28,643 nt of DNA from Bdellovibrionota bacterium (GTDB lineage: Bacteria; Bdellovibrionota_C; UBA2361; OMII01), in assembly GCA_044345405.1 (NCBI GenBank), contig JBIJBE010000044.1, positions 1 to 28,643 on the forward strand, in the 5' to 3' direction. Under the pieces are notes generated by a model. That model made no database searches. It was not told where the DNA came from and saw only the letters and a program-made list of their open reading frames with translations. Position numbers and translations under genes: made by a program. Shown here one piece after another: positions 1 to 7,625 of the stretch. Positions within the stretch are counted from its first letter, which is position 1; every line of letters begins with the position of its first letter.

Positions 1-316
1 CTTACGTCGCGTCACGCACGAGTGGCTTGCCATCCCACGTCGCCCCCCTTCGCTAAAGCTACGGGGGACACACTTCGCCCTGAACTTACGTCGCGTCACG
101 CACGAGTGGCTTGCCATCCCACGTCGCCCCCCTTCGCTAAAGCTACGGGGGACACACTTCGCCCTGAACTTACGTCGCGTCACGCACGAGTGGCTTGCCA
201 TCCCACGTCGCCCCCCTTCGCTAAAGCTACGGGGGACACACTTCGCCCTGAACTTACGTCGCGTCACGCACGAGTGGCTTGCCATCCCACGTCGCGTCAC
301 GCACGAGTGGCTTGCC
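1..316. repeat. Tandem array of identical 84-bp units (1-84, 85-168, 169-252) plus partial units to 316; probably continues left of the window
   Basis: The unit cttacgtcgcgtcacgcacgagtggcttgccatcccacgtcgccccccttcgctaaagctacgggggacacacttcgccctgaa repeats with no variable spacer. It contains the hairpin cccccttcgc-taaa-gctacggggg. Confidence 0.95.
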
Positions 317-342
317 ACACGTAGCCCCGGAGGGGCGAAGTG

Positions 343-744
343 TGGAGGTGGGGGGAATCGAACCCCCGTCCGAGAAGCCATTAGAAGAGCTCTCTACACG
401 TTTAGTACGTTGAAAATCTCATCGGCATAGCGTCAACGTACACAGCTATCACCGACCAGCTCCTGTTTATTTCCCCATACACCCCGCAGCGCGAATGGAT
501 GAGTAGCCCGAGAAAGTTAAGCTTTTAAGGAATTACGGGCGCGTTCCCTATCAGCCGACTAGGCACTTGTGGTGGCTAGTCTAGTGCGACTTAGGCAGCA
601 AGTGCTACTGGAGCAGCATTGCGCGAGAAGTCAGCGTGAATAACGTTATTTGCAGTTATTCTTTTCCGATTTTTTACCAGGCCATCGGAACCCTGGACGT
701 GCAAACTTATCCTTTGTGAATCCCGTCGAAACCTTTACACCCCC
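343..744 (-). ncRNA. ssrA: tmRNA (transfer-messenger RNA), one-piece, ~402 nt, 3' CCA not encoded
   Basis: Minus-strand 5' end GGGGGUGUAAAGGUUUCGACGGG; 3' end GGACGGGGGUUCGAUUCCCCCCACCUCCA with a T-arm. The acceptor stem GGGGGUG/CACCUCC carries the alanine-identity G3-U pair. An internal tag ORF ends in ALAA-stop, and the gene lies downstream of smpB. Confidence 0.97.
591..653 (-). other. tmRNA tag reading frame, (A)ANNVIHADFSRNAAPVALAA*
   Basis: Resume context AAUAACU-GCA, then 20 codons ending in LAA-UAA. Confidence 0.9.
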
Positions 745-842
745 CTAAAAACTGAAACTCCCGAAGGTCCAGGGTCGAGAGAATCGAGACCTTGGCCGTC
801 ATTCGCATTATGGCGCAGCCATATGCGAATAGGAACAAGACC

Positions 843-871
843 GTGAATCCCGTCGAAACCTTTACACCCCC
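843..871 (-). repeat. Exact 29-bp direct repeat of the tmRNA 5' end (other copy 716-744)
   Basis: gtgaatcccgtcgaaacctttacaccccc occurs at both 716-744 and 843-871. Confidence 0.95.
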
Positions 872-952
872 GTAAGATATTATCCCTAAAAATTACAGCA
901 GCCTCTCAGCTACTCCTCATTCTTATATCATAAATCGCCCGAAGCGATGTTT

Positions 953-1408
953 CTATCTCTTTGACATCGCTCGAGCGATTTCCCTATCGGTCTCTCGCTT
1001 CTTTATATCCTGCCGCTTATCAGGCGCGGCCTTACCTTTTCCTAGGCCTATCTGGAGCTTAGCCCGACCTTTGCTCAGATGAACCTGCAACGGAACGACC
1101 GTTGTTCCCTTGGTCTCAAGCTCCCGCACCAGTCGGTCTATCTCCTTCCGGTGCATCAAGAGCTTCCGCGGCCTTCGGGGATCGTACTCCTTATCCCCAC
1201 TATGCGCATACGGCTGAATGTGCGCGTTCAACAGGAAGAGCTCCCCACGCTGCGGACGTACGTATGCCTCACTGATGGACATCTCCCCCGAGCGCATCGA
1301 TTTTATCTCCGCGCCGGTCAGCACCATACCAGCCTCAAACGTGTCCAAAATATGGTAGTCGAAGCGCGCCCGTCGATTGGCGGCCAGGACCTTTACCTCG
1401 TCAGCCAT
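953..1408 (-). CDS. smpB: SsrA-binding protein SmpB
   Basis: Motifs NRRARFDY, EAGMVLTGAEIKS, RKLLMHRKEI, GKGK..DKR; adjacent to ssrA. Confidence 0.98.
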   Translation of the reverse strand: MADEVKVLAANRRARFDYHILDTFEAGMVLTGAEIKSMRSGEMSISEAYVRPQRGELFLLNAHIQPYAHSGDKEYDPRRPRKLLMHRKEIDRLVRELETKGTTVVPLQVHLSKGRAKLQIGLGKGKAAPDKRQDIKKRETDREIARAMSKR

Positions 1409-1529
1409 AGAAGGGGGAGGCTACCATAGAACAGGAGTTATGGGTATTACGTGCTAAAGGTCGCCATTTTACGACTCATTTCGCCCGCCTCTTGCCCCCC
1501 TACCTGACAACCCTGTAGAACCCTCCTCA

Positions 1530-2153
1530 ATGACCCCGAAGAAGAAGAAAATTCTCATCCAGGCGCTAGCTGACCTCTACCCCGATCCGCACTCCGAGCT
1601 CGACTTTAAGAACGAGTATCAACTCCTCATCGCCGTCATGCTTTCAGCTCAGTGTACCGACAAAAAGGTGAATCAGGTTACCCCCGAGCTTTTCAAGAGC
1701 TACCCTACTTTTAAGGCGCTCTCACAAGCAAAGCTCTCGGACGTTGAGCGAATTATCCGTCCGATAAATTACTACAAAACGAAATCGAAGCATCTGATAG
1801 CGACCGGCAAAGATGCTGTGGAGCGCTTTAACTCTCAAGTGCCCGATACTCACAAGGAGCTCACATCCCTTCCGGGAGTCGGCAATAAAACAGCAAACGT
1901 GATCCTGTCTGAGAAAGGTGTAGTGCCAGCGTTTCCTGTAGACACGCACATCTTTCGTTTAGCGCATCGACTCGGTCTCTCAACCGGCAAGACACCCGAC
2001 GCGGTGGAGAAAGATCTGCGACAAGCTTTTCCCTCCTCCGAATGGCGAAACCTCCACCATCGTCTCATCTTCCACGGACGAAGGGTGTGCAGCGCTCGGT
2101 CCCCGCAATGTGACGGGTGCGCACTAAAAAACATCTGCCCTTCCGCTGAGTAG
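1530..2153 (+). CDS. nth: Endonuclease III (DNA glycosylase/AP lyase)
   Basis: LSAQCTD, HhH motif LPGVGNKTA, PVDTH, and a C-terminal 4Fe-4S motif C-x6-C-x2-C-x5-C. Confidence 0.97.
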   Translation: MTPKKKKILIQALADLYPDPHSELDFKNEYQLLIAVMLSAQCTDKKVNQVTPELFKSYPTFKALSQAKLSDVERIIRPINYYKTKSKHLIATGKDAVERFNSQVPDTHKELTSLPGVGNKTANVILSEKGVVPAFPVDTHIFRLAHRLGLSTGKTPDAVEKDLRQAFPSSEWRNLHHRLIFHGRRVCSARSPQCDGCALKNICPSAE

Positions 2154-2172
2154 TGTACGTTCTATCTGCCGG

Positions 2173-2448
2173 TTACTCAGTAAGGGAGAATCCAAACTCG
2201 GGACGTTGCATGTCGTAAGAACTCTTTTGGGGCGGCTTTCGAGTTACACGCTTTTGCATGAGCCTCTCGACGACCGCGCTCATCTTATGTTCACCGGGCA
2301 GGGCGGCATCTAACATTTCCACCGCGACGCCGAGCACAACGCCAACTCCAAGGGCGAATATGAGCGCTCTTTTCTCGTCGTTTGAAAACCGCGCGCGTTT
2401 TTCCGGTGATGTCTTAGGCTTGCTGTTCATGGCGGCACTTTTCCTCAC
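2173..2448 (-). CDS. Small hypothetical membrane protein (start may be the second Met, MNSKPK)
   Basis: Basic N-terminus followed by one hydrophobic helix (ALIFALGVGVVLGVAV); fills the gap convergent with nth. Confidence 0.55.
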   Translation of the reverse strand: MRKSAAMNSKPKTSPEKRARFSNDEKRALIFALGVGVVLGVAVEMLDAALPGEHKMSAVVERLMQKRVTRKPPQKSSYDMQRPEFGFSLTE

Positions 2449-2576
2449 TATTCTTATTGCGCCTTTTTAAGGGCCTGCCAACCGGTCACGGCACAGACCT
2501 GTGCAATGTCACACCCAAAATACTCCGCTGTGAGCACACTAGGAACCCCCGCGACTAAGCCTCACTCAATTCCGCT

Positions 2577-3398
2577 ATGCCTGGCGTTCACTTGTTGGAC
2601 CATATTCCCCTCCCCCTCTTTCCGGTACTCGCGACGGGATGCCTCTATCTGGCTATCGAGGGTGGTTTTCGACTAGGTGCGTGGCGGCTACGACAAGCCG
2701 CTCACGAGAAGGATACCCCCGTTGGAGCTGTCGTAGCCGCCACCTTGGGGCTGGTCGGGTTCATACTCGCCATGACCTTCGGCTTCGCGGTCTCCCGATT
2801 CGAAGGTCGCCAAGAGGCGTTTCTTGGGGAGCTCAACGCGATAGGAACGACCTATCTTCGCGCCGACTTTCTGCCCGAGCCTCAACGGGAGAAAACGAAG
2901 CAGCTCTTGAGGGAATATGTTGATATCCGGCTCCGAGCGGTCGAGCAACGGAGGATTGCGGAGGGGATATCCCGCTCTGAGATGCTCCATGAAAAGATGT
3001 GGGCAACGCTCACCTCGCTCGATCCCGCCAACATCAACTTGATGAGCGTTACGCTCTTTACCTACTCACTAAATGAATTGATCGACCTTCACGAGCGACG
3101 AGTCATTTCCGGCGCGCGACTTAGGATTCCTCCCACACTCTGGTCGGTTTTGCTTATCATCTCACTCCTTGGAATGGGTGAGATCGGGTACCAAACAGCG
3201 CTCACTGGCTCCACCCGCACACCAGTTAGTATGGGGCTAGTCATCGCCTTCGCTCTCTTGCTGTCTCTCGTCGCGGATCTTGATCGTCCCCTTGAGGGCA
3301 CGTTGCGAATAAACCAAAGCTCGATGAGAGAGCTACTGCAACGATTAGAGCCCCCGGCACCTCAACCGGAGCGTAGGGAAGAATCGCTTCGGCGTTAG
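2577..3398 (+). CDS. DUF4239 / bestrophin-like multi-pass membrane protein
   Basis: About four TM segments, with motifs LGLVGFILAMTFGFAVSRF, ELNAIGTTYLRA, LNELIDLH and DLDRP..G typical of the family (recognised by eye). Confidence 0.8.
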   Translation: MPGVHLLDHIPLPLFPVLATGCLYLAIEGGFRLGAWRLRQAAHEKDTPVGAVVAATLGLVGFILAMTFGFAVSRFEGRQEAFLGELNAIGTTYLRADFLPEPQREKTKQLLREYVDIRLRAVEQRRIAEGISRSEMLHEKMWATLTSLDPANINLMSVTLFTYSLNELIDLHERRVISGARLRIPPTLWSVLLIISLLGMGEIGYQTALTGSTRTPVSMGLVIAFALLLSLVADLDRPLEGTLRINQSSMRELLQRLEPPAPQPERREESLRR

Positions 3399-3649
3399 GT
3401 GTTCACTGCTTTCTTTGAGGCATTCTTGGAGTCCAACAAGATCTGAAGAGCCCACTCCGTAAGCTCGTCCATTTCGTCCTCGCTCTCAAATGGAAACTCT
3501 TCGCCATCAGCCCAGCGAGCGATCCCCGTATATCCATCGGAGGTGCGTTCGATAGAGACGACGCGAGCCTCTTCACCAAAACCGAGGGACCCTAGGATTA
3601 TATCCTCGGCTCGCACCCGCGGTGAGAGGTCATCGCTGTCCTTCTTCAT
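3395..3649 (-). CDS. Small acidic hypothetical protein translationally coupled to fabF
   Basis: TAATG stop/start overlap with fabF at 3649; its stop overlaps the stop of the convergent gene. Confidence 0.75.
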   Translation of the reverse strand: MKKDSDDLSPRVRAEDIILGSLGFGEEARVVSIERTSDGYTGIARWADGEEFPFESEDEMDELTEWALQILLDSKNASKKAVNT

Positions 3650-4896
3650 TATTTATAGGCGCCGATAACGATCGAGGCGTTCGTGCCACCGAAGCCGAAG
3701 CTGTTTGACATCGCGACGCTAACCTTATGGGTGCGCGCTTTGTGAGCGACGTAATCAAGGTCACATCCCTCTTGAGGGTTATCGAGATTTATCGTCGGAG
3801 GTACCACACCATCTCGAATAGCGAGGGTGCAGAAAGCGGCCTCAATCGCGCCAGCGGCACCGAGAAGATGCCCGGTCATGGACTTCGTTGAACTCACAAG
3901 AAGCCCCTTCTTAGCCCAGTCACCGAATACGGTCTTGATGCCTTGTGTCTCAGAGATATCATTCGCTGGCGTAGAGGTGCCGTGCGCGTTCAGGTAATCA
4001 ACCTGCTCAGGCTTAACGCCGGCGGACTCAAGCGCGTGTCGCATACACGCTACCGCTCCCTCACCACCCTCACTTGGAGCTGTCATGTGATACGCGTCGC
4101 ATGAGAATCCATATCCAAGAACCTCAGCGTAGATCTTAGCTCCACGCTTAACAGCCGTCTCGAGATCCTCAAGAACGAGGATCGCGCATCCTTCACCGAG
4201 AACGAATCCATCACGATCAGCGTCGAACGGACGAGAAGCCTTCTCAGGGTCCTCATTACGAGTCGAGAGTGCCTTAAGGGCGTTGAATCCACCGATACCG
4301 ATCGGACACACTGTGCTCTCGGATCCGCCGGTCACCACAACATCTTGAAGACCGTCAGCGATCATGCGGAACGCCTCGCCTATCGCGTGCGTTGAAGAGG
4401 TACATGCACTCGTTACGGTGTAGTTCACCCCTTGAAGTCCGTACTTGATCGCGACGTTGCCCGGCCCAAGGTTGCTGATCATACCTGGAATAAGGAACGG
4501 CGAGATCTTTCGCGGGCCACCTTCGAGGTAGGCCTGGTGGTACTTCTCAAGGATGTTAAGTCCTCCGATACCTACTCCAAGGATACACCCCATCTTAGGC
4601 TTCTCATAGGTTGTCTGCTCAAGGAGCTTCGCGTCATCGAGAGCCTCGTGCGTAGCCGCGATTGCGTACTGCGAGAAGAGGTCCTGCTTCTTCTGATCTT
4701 TCGGCTCGATGAACGCGTCAGCGCTAAAGCCCTTCACCTCGGCCGCGATGTGCGTTGGGAACGCGGATGCGTCAAAGCGTGTGATCGGTCCTACGCCTGA
4801 TTTACCCTCTTTAGCCGCTGTCCAGGTTGATTCACGGGTAATTCCAAGCGGGCTAATGATTCCAAGACCGGTGATCGCAACTCTTCGCTTCTGCAT
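3649..4896 (-). CDS. fabF: Beta-ketoacyl-ACP synthase II
   Basis: SACTSSTHAIG (catalytic Cys), NAHGTST, KSMTGHLLGAAG, SNSFGFGGTNA. Confidence 0.97.
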   Translation of the reverse strand: MQKRRVAITGLGIISPLGITRESTWTAAKEGKSGVGPITRFDASAFPTHIAAEVKGFSADAFIEPKDQKKQDLFSQYAIAATHEALDDAKLLEQTTYEKPKMGCILGVGIGGLNILEKYHQAYLEGGPRKISPFLIPGMISNLGPGNVAIKYGLQGVNYTVTSACTSSTHAIGEAFRMIADGLQDVVVTGGSESTVCPIGIGGFNALKALSTRNEDPEKASRPFDADRDGFVLGEGCAILVLEDLETAVKRGAKIYAEVLGYGFSCDAYHMTAPSEGGEGAVACMRHALESAGVKPEQVDYLNAHGTSTPANDISETQGIKTVFGDWAKKGLLVSSTKSMTGHLLGAAGAIEAAFCTLAIRDGVVPPTINLDNPQEGCDLDYVAHKARTHKVSVAMSNSFGFGGTNASIVIGAYK

Positions 4897-5084
4897 CGTC
4901 GTTTTCCTTTACGTCTTTTTCGGGAGCACTGTGTGCGCGCCCCCCGGCTAGATTCAGAGCGGGCCAATCATCGAGCTTTGAAGTGTCGCTCAAGAGGGCC
5001 TAATTCCCTTCTCTGTCTCACGAACCGGGGAGTAGACTTACCATACTGTCCGGCACGAAGAAAGCGGACTTAACCAGCTGAATG

Positions 5085-5837
5085 TTATGCTTTTTTACGG
5101 TCAAAAAGGGGCAGATTATCGGTTTCAAGCGAAACAGCGTCAGCGAGCACCGTAAACGAGGTGCTAGCGGAGGAGAAATCCCCGGTTTCCTCAACCTTTT
5201 CAACGCACTCAACCAAGGCTGGAAGCGTGCGAGCGACGCGCCGCAAGAGGTACGCTCGCTTCGAATCAGAAAGCTGAAGCCCCCGCTGCTTCGTGATGAA
5301 ATTGAGGAGGGAATCGAGCTCCCCGTCAGATGGCCCCTCAAGCACAAGGTGCAACCCGGAGTTCAACCTACTCCGGATCTGCTTGGTACACTCTATCTTT
5401 TCCGGACTTACGGATCCAAGGATGACAAGCGTCCCATCAACCTGACTAAGCTTCTCGGTGAGATCCATGAAGATACCGGACTGGTTATTTCGTGAGAGCT
5501 CCTCAAGGAGGAGGTCACCATCATCGAGTATGATCGTTTCCCCGTCGCGAAGGGGTTGGAAATGAAACTCAGATTCGTACCACGAAGCCACCTCATCACG
5601 AGCGATAAGTCGCGCCGGCTTCCCCTTCTCGGTGAGGTGCCCAACGAGATACACGCCGGTGTGCGTTTTTCCGGATTTCAGGGCGCCCTGAACGTACGCG
5701 AGCGAAAACACCCGCTGATACGCGAGGGTAACCAGAGAGGTCACGACATCAGCGACACCACGATGGACCAGGTACGCGCTCGACGAATACCGCAAAGGCT
5801 GCACCAACTGAAGTGGTAGTTGCGATCCCATGCACAC
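5085..5837 (-). CDS. hda: Hda/DnaA-family AAA+ protein; probable start is the ATG at 5831
   Basis: N-terminal clamp-binding motif QLPL, Walker A GALKSGKTH, Walker B IILDD, arginine-finger RSRL. About 250 aa, with no DnaA domain I or IV. Confidence 0.7.
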   Translation of the reverse strand: MCMGSQLPLQLVQPLRYSSSAYLVHRGVADVVTSLVTLAYQRVFSLAYVQGALKSGKTHTGVYLVGHLTEKGKPARLIARDEVASWYESEFHFQPLRDGETIILDDGDLLLEELSRNNQSGIFMDLTEKLSQVDGTLVILGSVSPEKIECTKQIRSRLNSGLHLVLEGPSDGELDSLLNFITKQRGLQLSDSKRAYLLRRVARTLPALVECVEKVEETGDFSSASTSFTVLADAVSLETDNLPLFDRKKA

Positions 5838-5850
5838 ACCTTACGTGGGA

Positions 5851-7140
5851 TTAGCAGCCAGCGAAGATGAAGTCATCCGGATCGCTGATGCGCGACCATA
5901 CTTGTCCGCCAAGCGCCCCCATCTTTCGCTCGAAGTGCTCGTAGCCACGACGGAGGTGATGCGGCTCGTGAACCTCGCTGCGACCTTCAGCGGCGAGTCC
6001 GGCTAACGCTACGGCGGCCGCGGCGCGGATATCGAGTCCATCAACGGGAGCGCCGGTAAGCTTCTCGACACCGTTAATGGTAACAACTCGATCTTGGATA
6101 TGAATGGACGCTCCCATGCGAGCGAGCTCTGATACGTGTCCGAAACGTCCCTCGTAGATCGTCTCCTCAATCGTGCTCGTCCCTTCCGCGAGTGTGAGCG
6201 CCGCCATGAGGGGAGCTTGAAGATCGGTCGCGAGCTCCGGGAAAGGACCCGTTTTAACGTTCACGGCTTTGAGTCGTCCCTTACACTCAACGGTCACGGA
6301 TTGATCACCACACGTTACGTTTAGCCCCATCTCAGAGAGAATTGAAAGGAACGTTCCGAAGTAGAGAGGATCGATCCCATCAACCGTGACCTTACCGCCG
6401 GTGATCGCGCCAGCGAGAAGATAGGTTCCCGCCTCGATACGATCTCCGATCAAGTTCGCGGTAACACCACCGAGCTCATGACGGCCATTAATCTCGATGA
6501 CATTTCCACCAGCACCCTGAATGTCGGCGCCCATCCCGTTTAAGAAGTTAGCGAGCGCTACAATTTCGGGCTCTCGCGCTACTCCCTTCAAGATCGTTCG
6601 TCCCGGTGTGAGACTCGCGGCCATAATAAGCTGGTGCGTCGCGCCAACGGAGGGGAATCGAAGATCTATGAACGCGGGCTTCAATCCATCAACCGCGGTG
6701 GCGTACACGACACCGTGCTTCAGTGATATCTCAGCGCCCATCTTGGCGAGCCCCTCAAGATGGAGGTCAACGGGGCGAGCGCCGATCAGATCGCCACCGG
6801 GAAGCGCGACTCGAGCGGCGCGACCACGAGCGAGCAGCGGCCCGAGCACCCAGAACGAGGCACGCAGCGCTTTCACGAGGCTGTAGCTCGCTTCTGTCGC
6901 GAGAAGTTTTTTCGTTTGAACTCTAGCTGTGGTTCCGTCGAAAGAAACCTCCGCGCCGAAGTGCTCAAGGAGATGAAGACAGAGACTTGTGTCGGTGAGA
7001 TTTGGGACGTTGGTGAGAACGCACTCCTCAGCGGTGAGCAGGGTCGACATCAGGATCGGAAGTCCAGCGTTCTTCGCGCCGCCAGCCACTACGGTACCAC
7101 GCAGCGAGGTTCCTCCAACGATCTCAATAAACTCAGACAT
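5851..7140 (-). CDS. murA: UDP-N-acetylglucosamine 1-carboxyvinyltransferase, Asp active-site type
   Basis: GAKNA, LRAS, LPGGDLIGARPVDLH, SVGAT, DRIEAGT, TDLQAP, RGYE. Confidence 0.97.
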   Translation of the reverse strand: MSEFIEIVGGTSLRGTVVAGGAKNAGLPILMSTLLTAEECVLTNVPNLTDTSLCLHLLEHFGAEVSFDGTTARVQTKKLLATEASYSLVKALRASFWVLGPLLARGRAARVALPGGDLIGARPVDLHLEGLAKMGAEISLKHGVVYATAVDGLKPAFIDLRFPSVGATHQLIMAASLTPGRTILKGVAREPEIVALANFLNGMGADIQGAGGNVIEINGRHELGGVTANLIGDRIEAGTYLLAGAITGGKVTVDGIDPLYFGTFLSILSEMGLNVTCGDQSVTVECKGRLKAVNVKTGPFPELATDLQAPLMAALTLAEGTSTIEETIYEGRFGHVSELARMGASIHIQDRVVTINGVEKLTGAPVDGLDIRAAAAVALAGLAAEGRSEVHEPHHLRRGYEHFERKMGALGGQVWSRISDPDDFIFAGC

Positions 7141-7315
7141 CTATCGCCTCCACCGACGGGTTCCCGTAGAGCTCATAAGGTAAGGCAGACGGGCAGGCAG
7201 AACAATAGCAACTAACGGCTCAAAGCTCCGATTTATAGGAAAATTTTCCTCCCTCTTTCTCCCTTCGCCGATAGCTGGGGAGGGAGCGAGGTAGGCCTAT
7301 GAAATAAGGAGATTT

Positions 7316-7618
7316 ATGGCAACAACACTCGCCTCTAACGTAGACTCAGCAGCCGCCACCGTGGGAGCTAACTTTACGAAAGCAGAGAACAACTTGCTCG
7401 CCGCGTACAGCCTCAAAGAGGGTGCCACCGCCTCTCAGCTCAAAGCGCTCGCCAAAGATTTGGGGGTCACCAGCTCGTCGAACCTCAATATCCGCTCCCT
7501 GCAGCTTGTCGCCGAGCAGCGGTTTCAGCACTCATCTCATGTGCTCAACCTCTTTTCGGGGCTGCTTGATAAGGTGGACCAGTTGAAGCAGCGGTTGATT
7601 GCGAAGTTTTCGAATTAA
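7316..7618 (+). CDS. Small helical hypothetical protein resembling type III secretion needle/inner-rod subunits
   Basis: RBS AAGGAG upstream; Ala/Ser/Thr-rich N-terminus; amphipathic C-terminal helix LNLFSGLLDKVDQLKQRLIAKFSN. The CDS is well supported, the product is inferred. Confidence 0.65.
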   Translation: MATTLASNVDSAAATVGANFTKAENNLLAAYSLKEGATASQLKALAKDLGVTSSSNLNIRSLQLVAEQRFQHSSHVLNLFSGLLDKVDQLKQRLIAKFSN

Positions 7619-7625
7619 CGGTTAT

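Noticed and set aside
1-316. CRISPR array
   Set aside because: The units are fully identical 84-mers with no unique spacers, and no cas genes are present in the window.
22-324. 100-aa ORF with 28-aa repeats (MACHPTSPP...)
   Set aside because: A by-product of the 84-bp (multiple of three) DNA repeat; no RBS or protein-like features.
343-372. Stand-alone tRNA gene suggested by the T-arm/acceptor sequence
   Set aside because: It is the 3' tRNA-like domain of tmRNA, pairing with the 5' end at 738-744.
746-871. Second complete or permuted two-piece tmRNA
   Set aside because: No T-arm, 3' acceptor strand or tag frame follows the duplicated 5' end, and the gene at 343-744 is already complete.
5082-5495. 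137-aa plus-strand ORF, and similar short ORFs overlapping nth, fabF, murA, prmC and prfA
   Set aside because: Antisense or alternative-frame shadows of well-supported genes, with no recognisable motifs.
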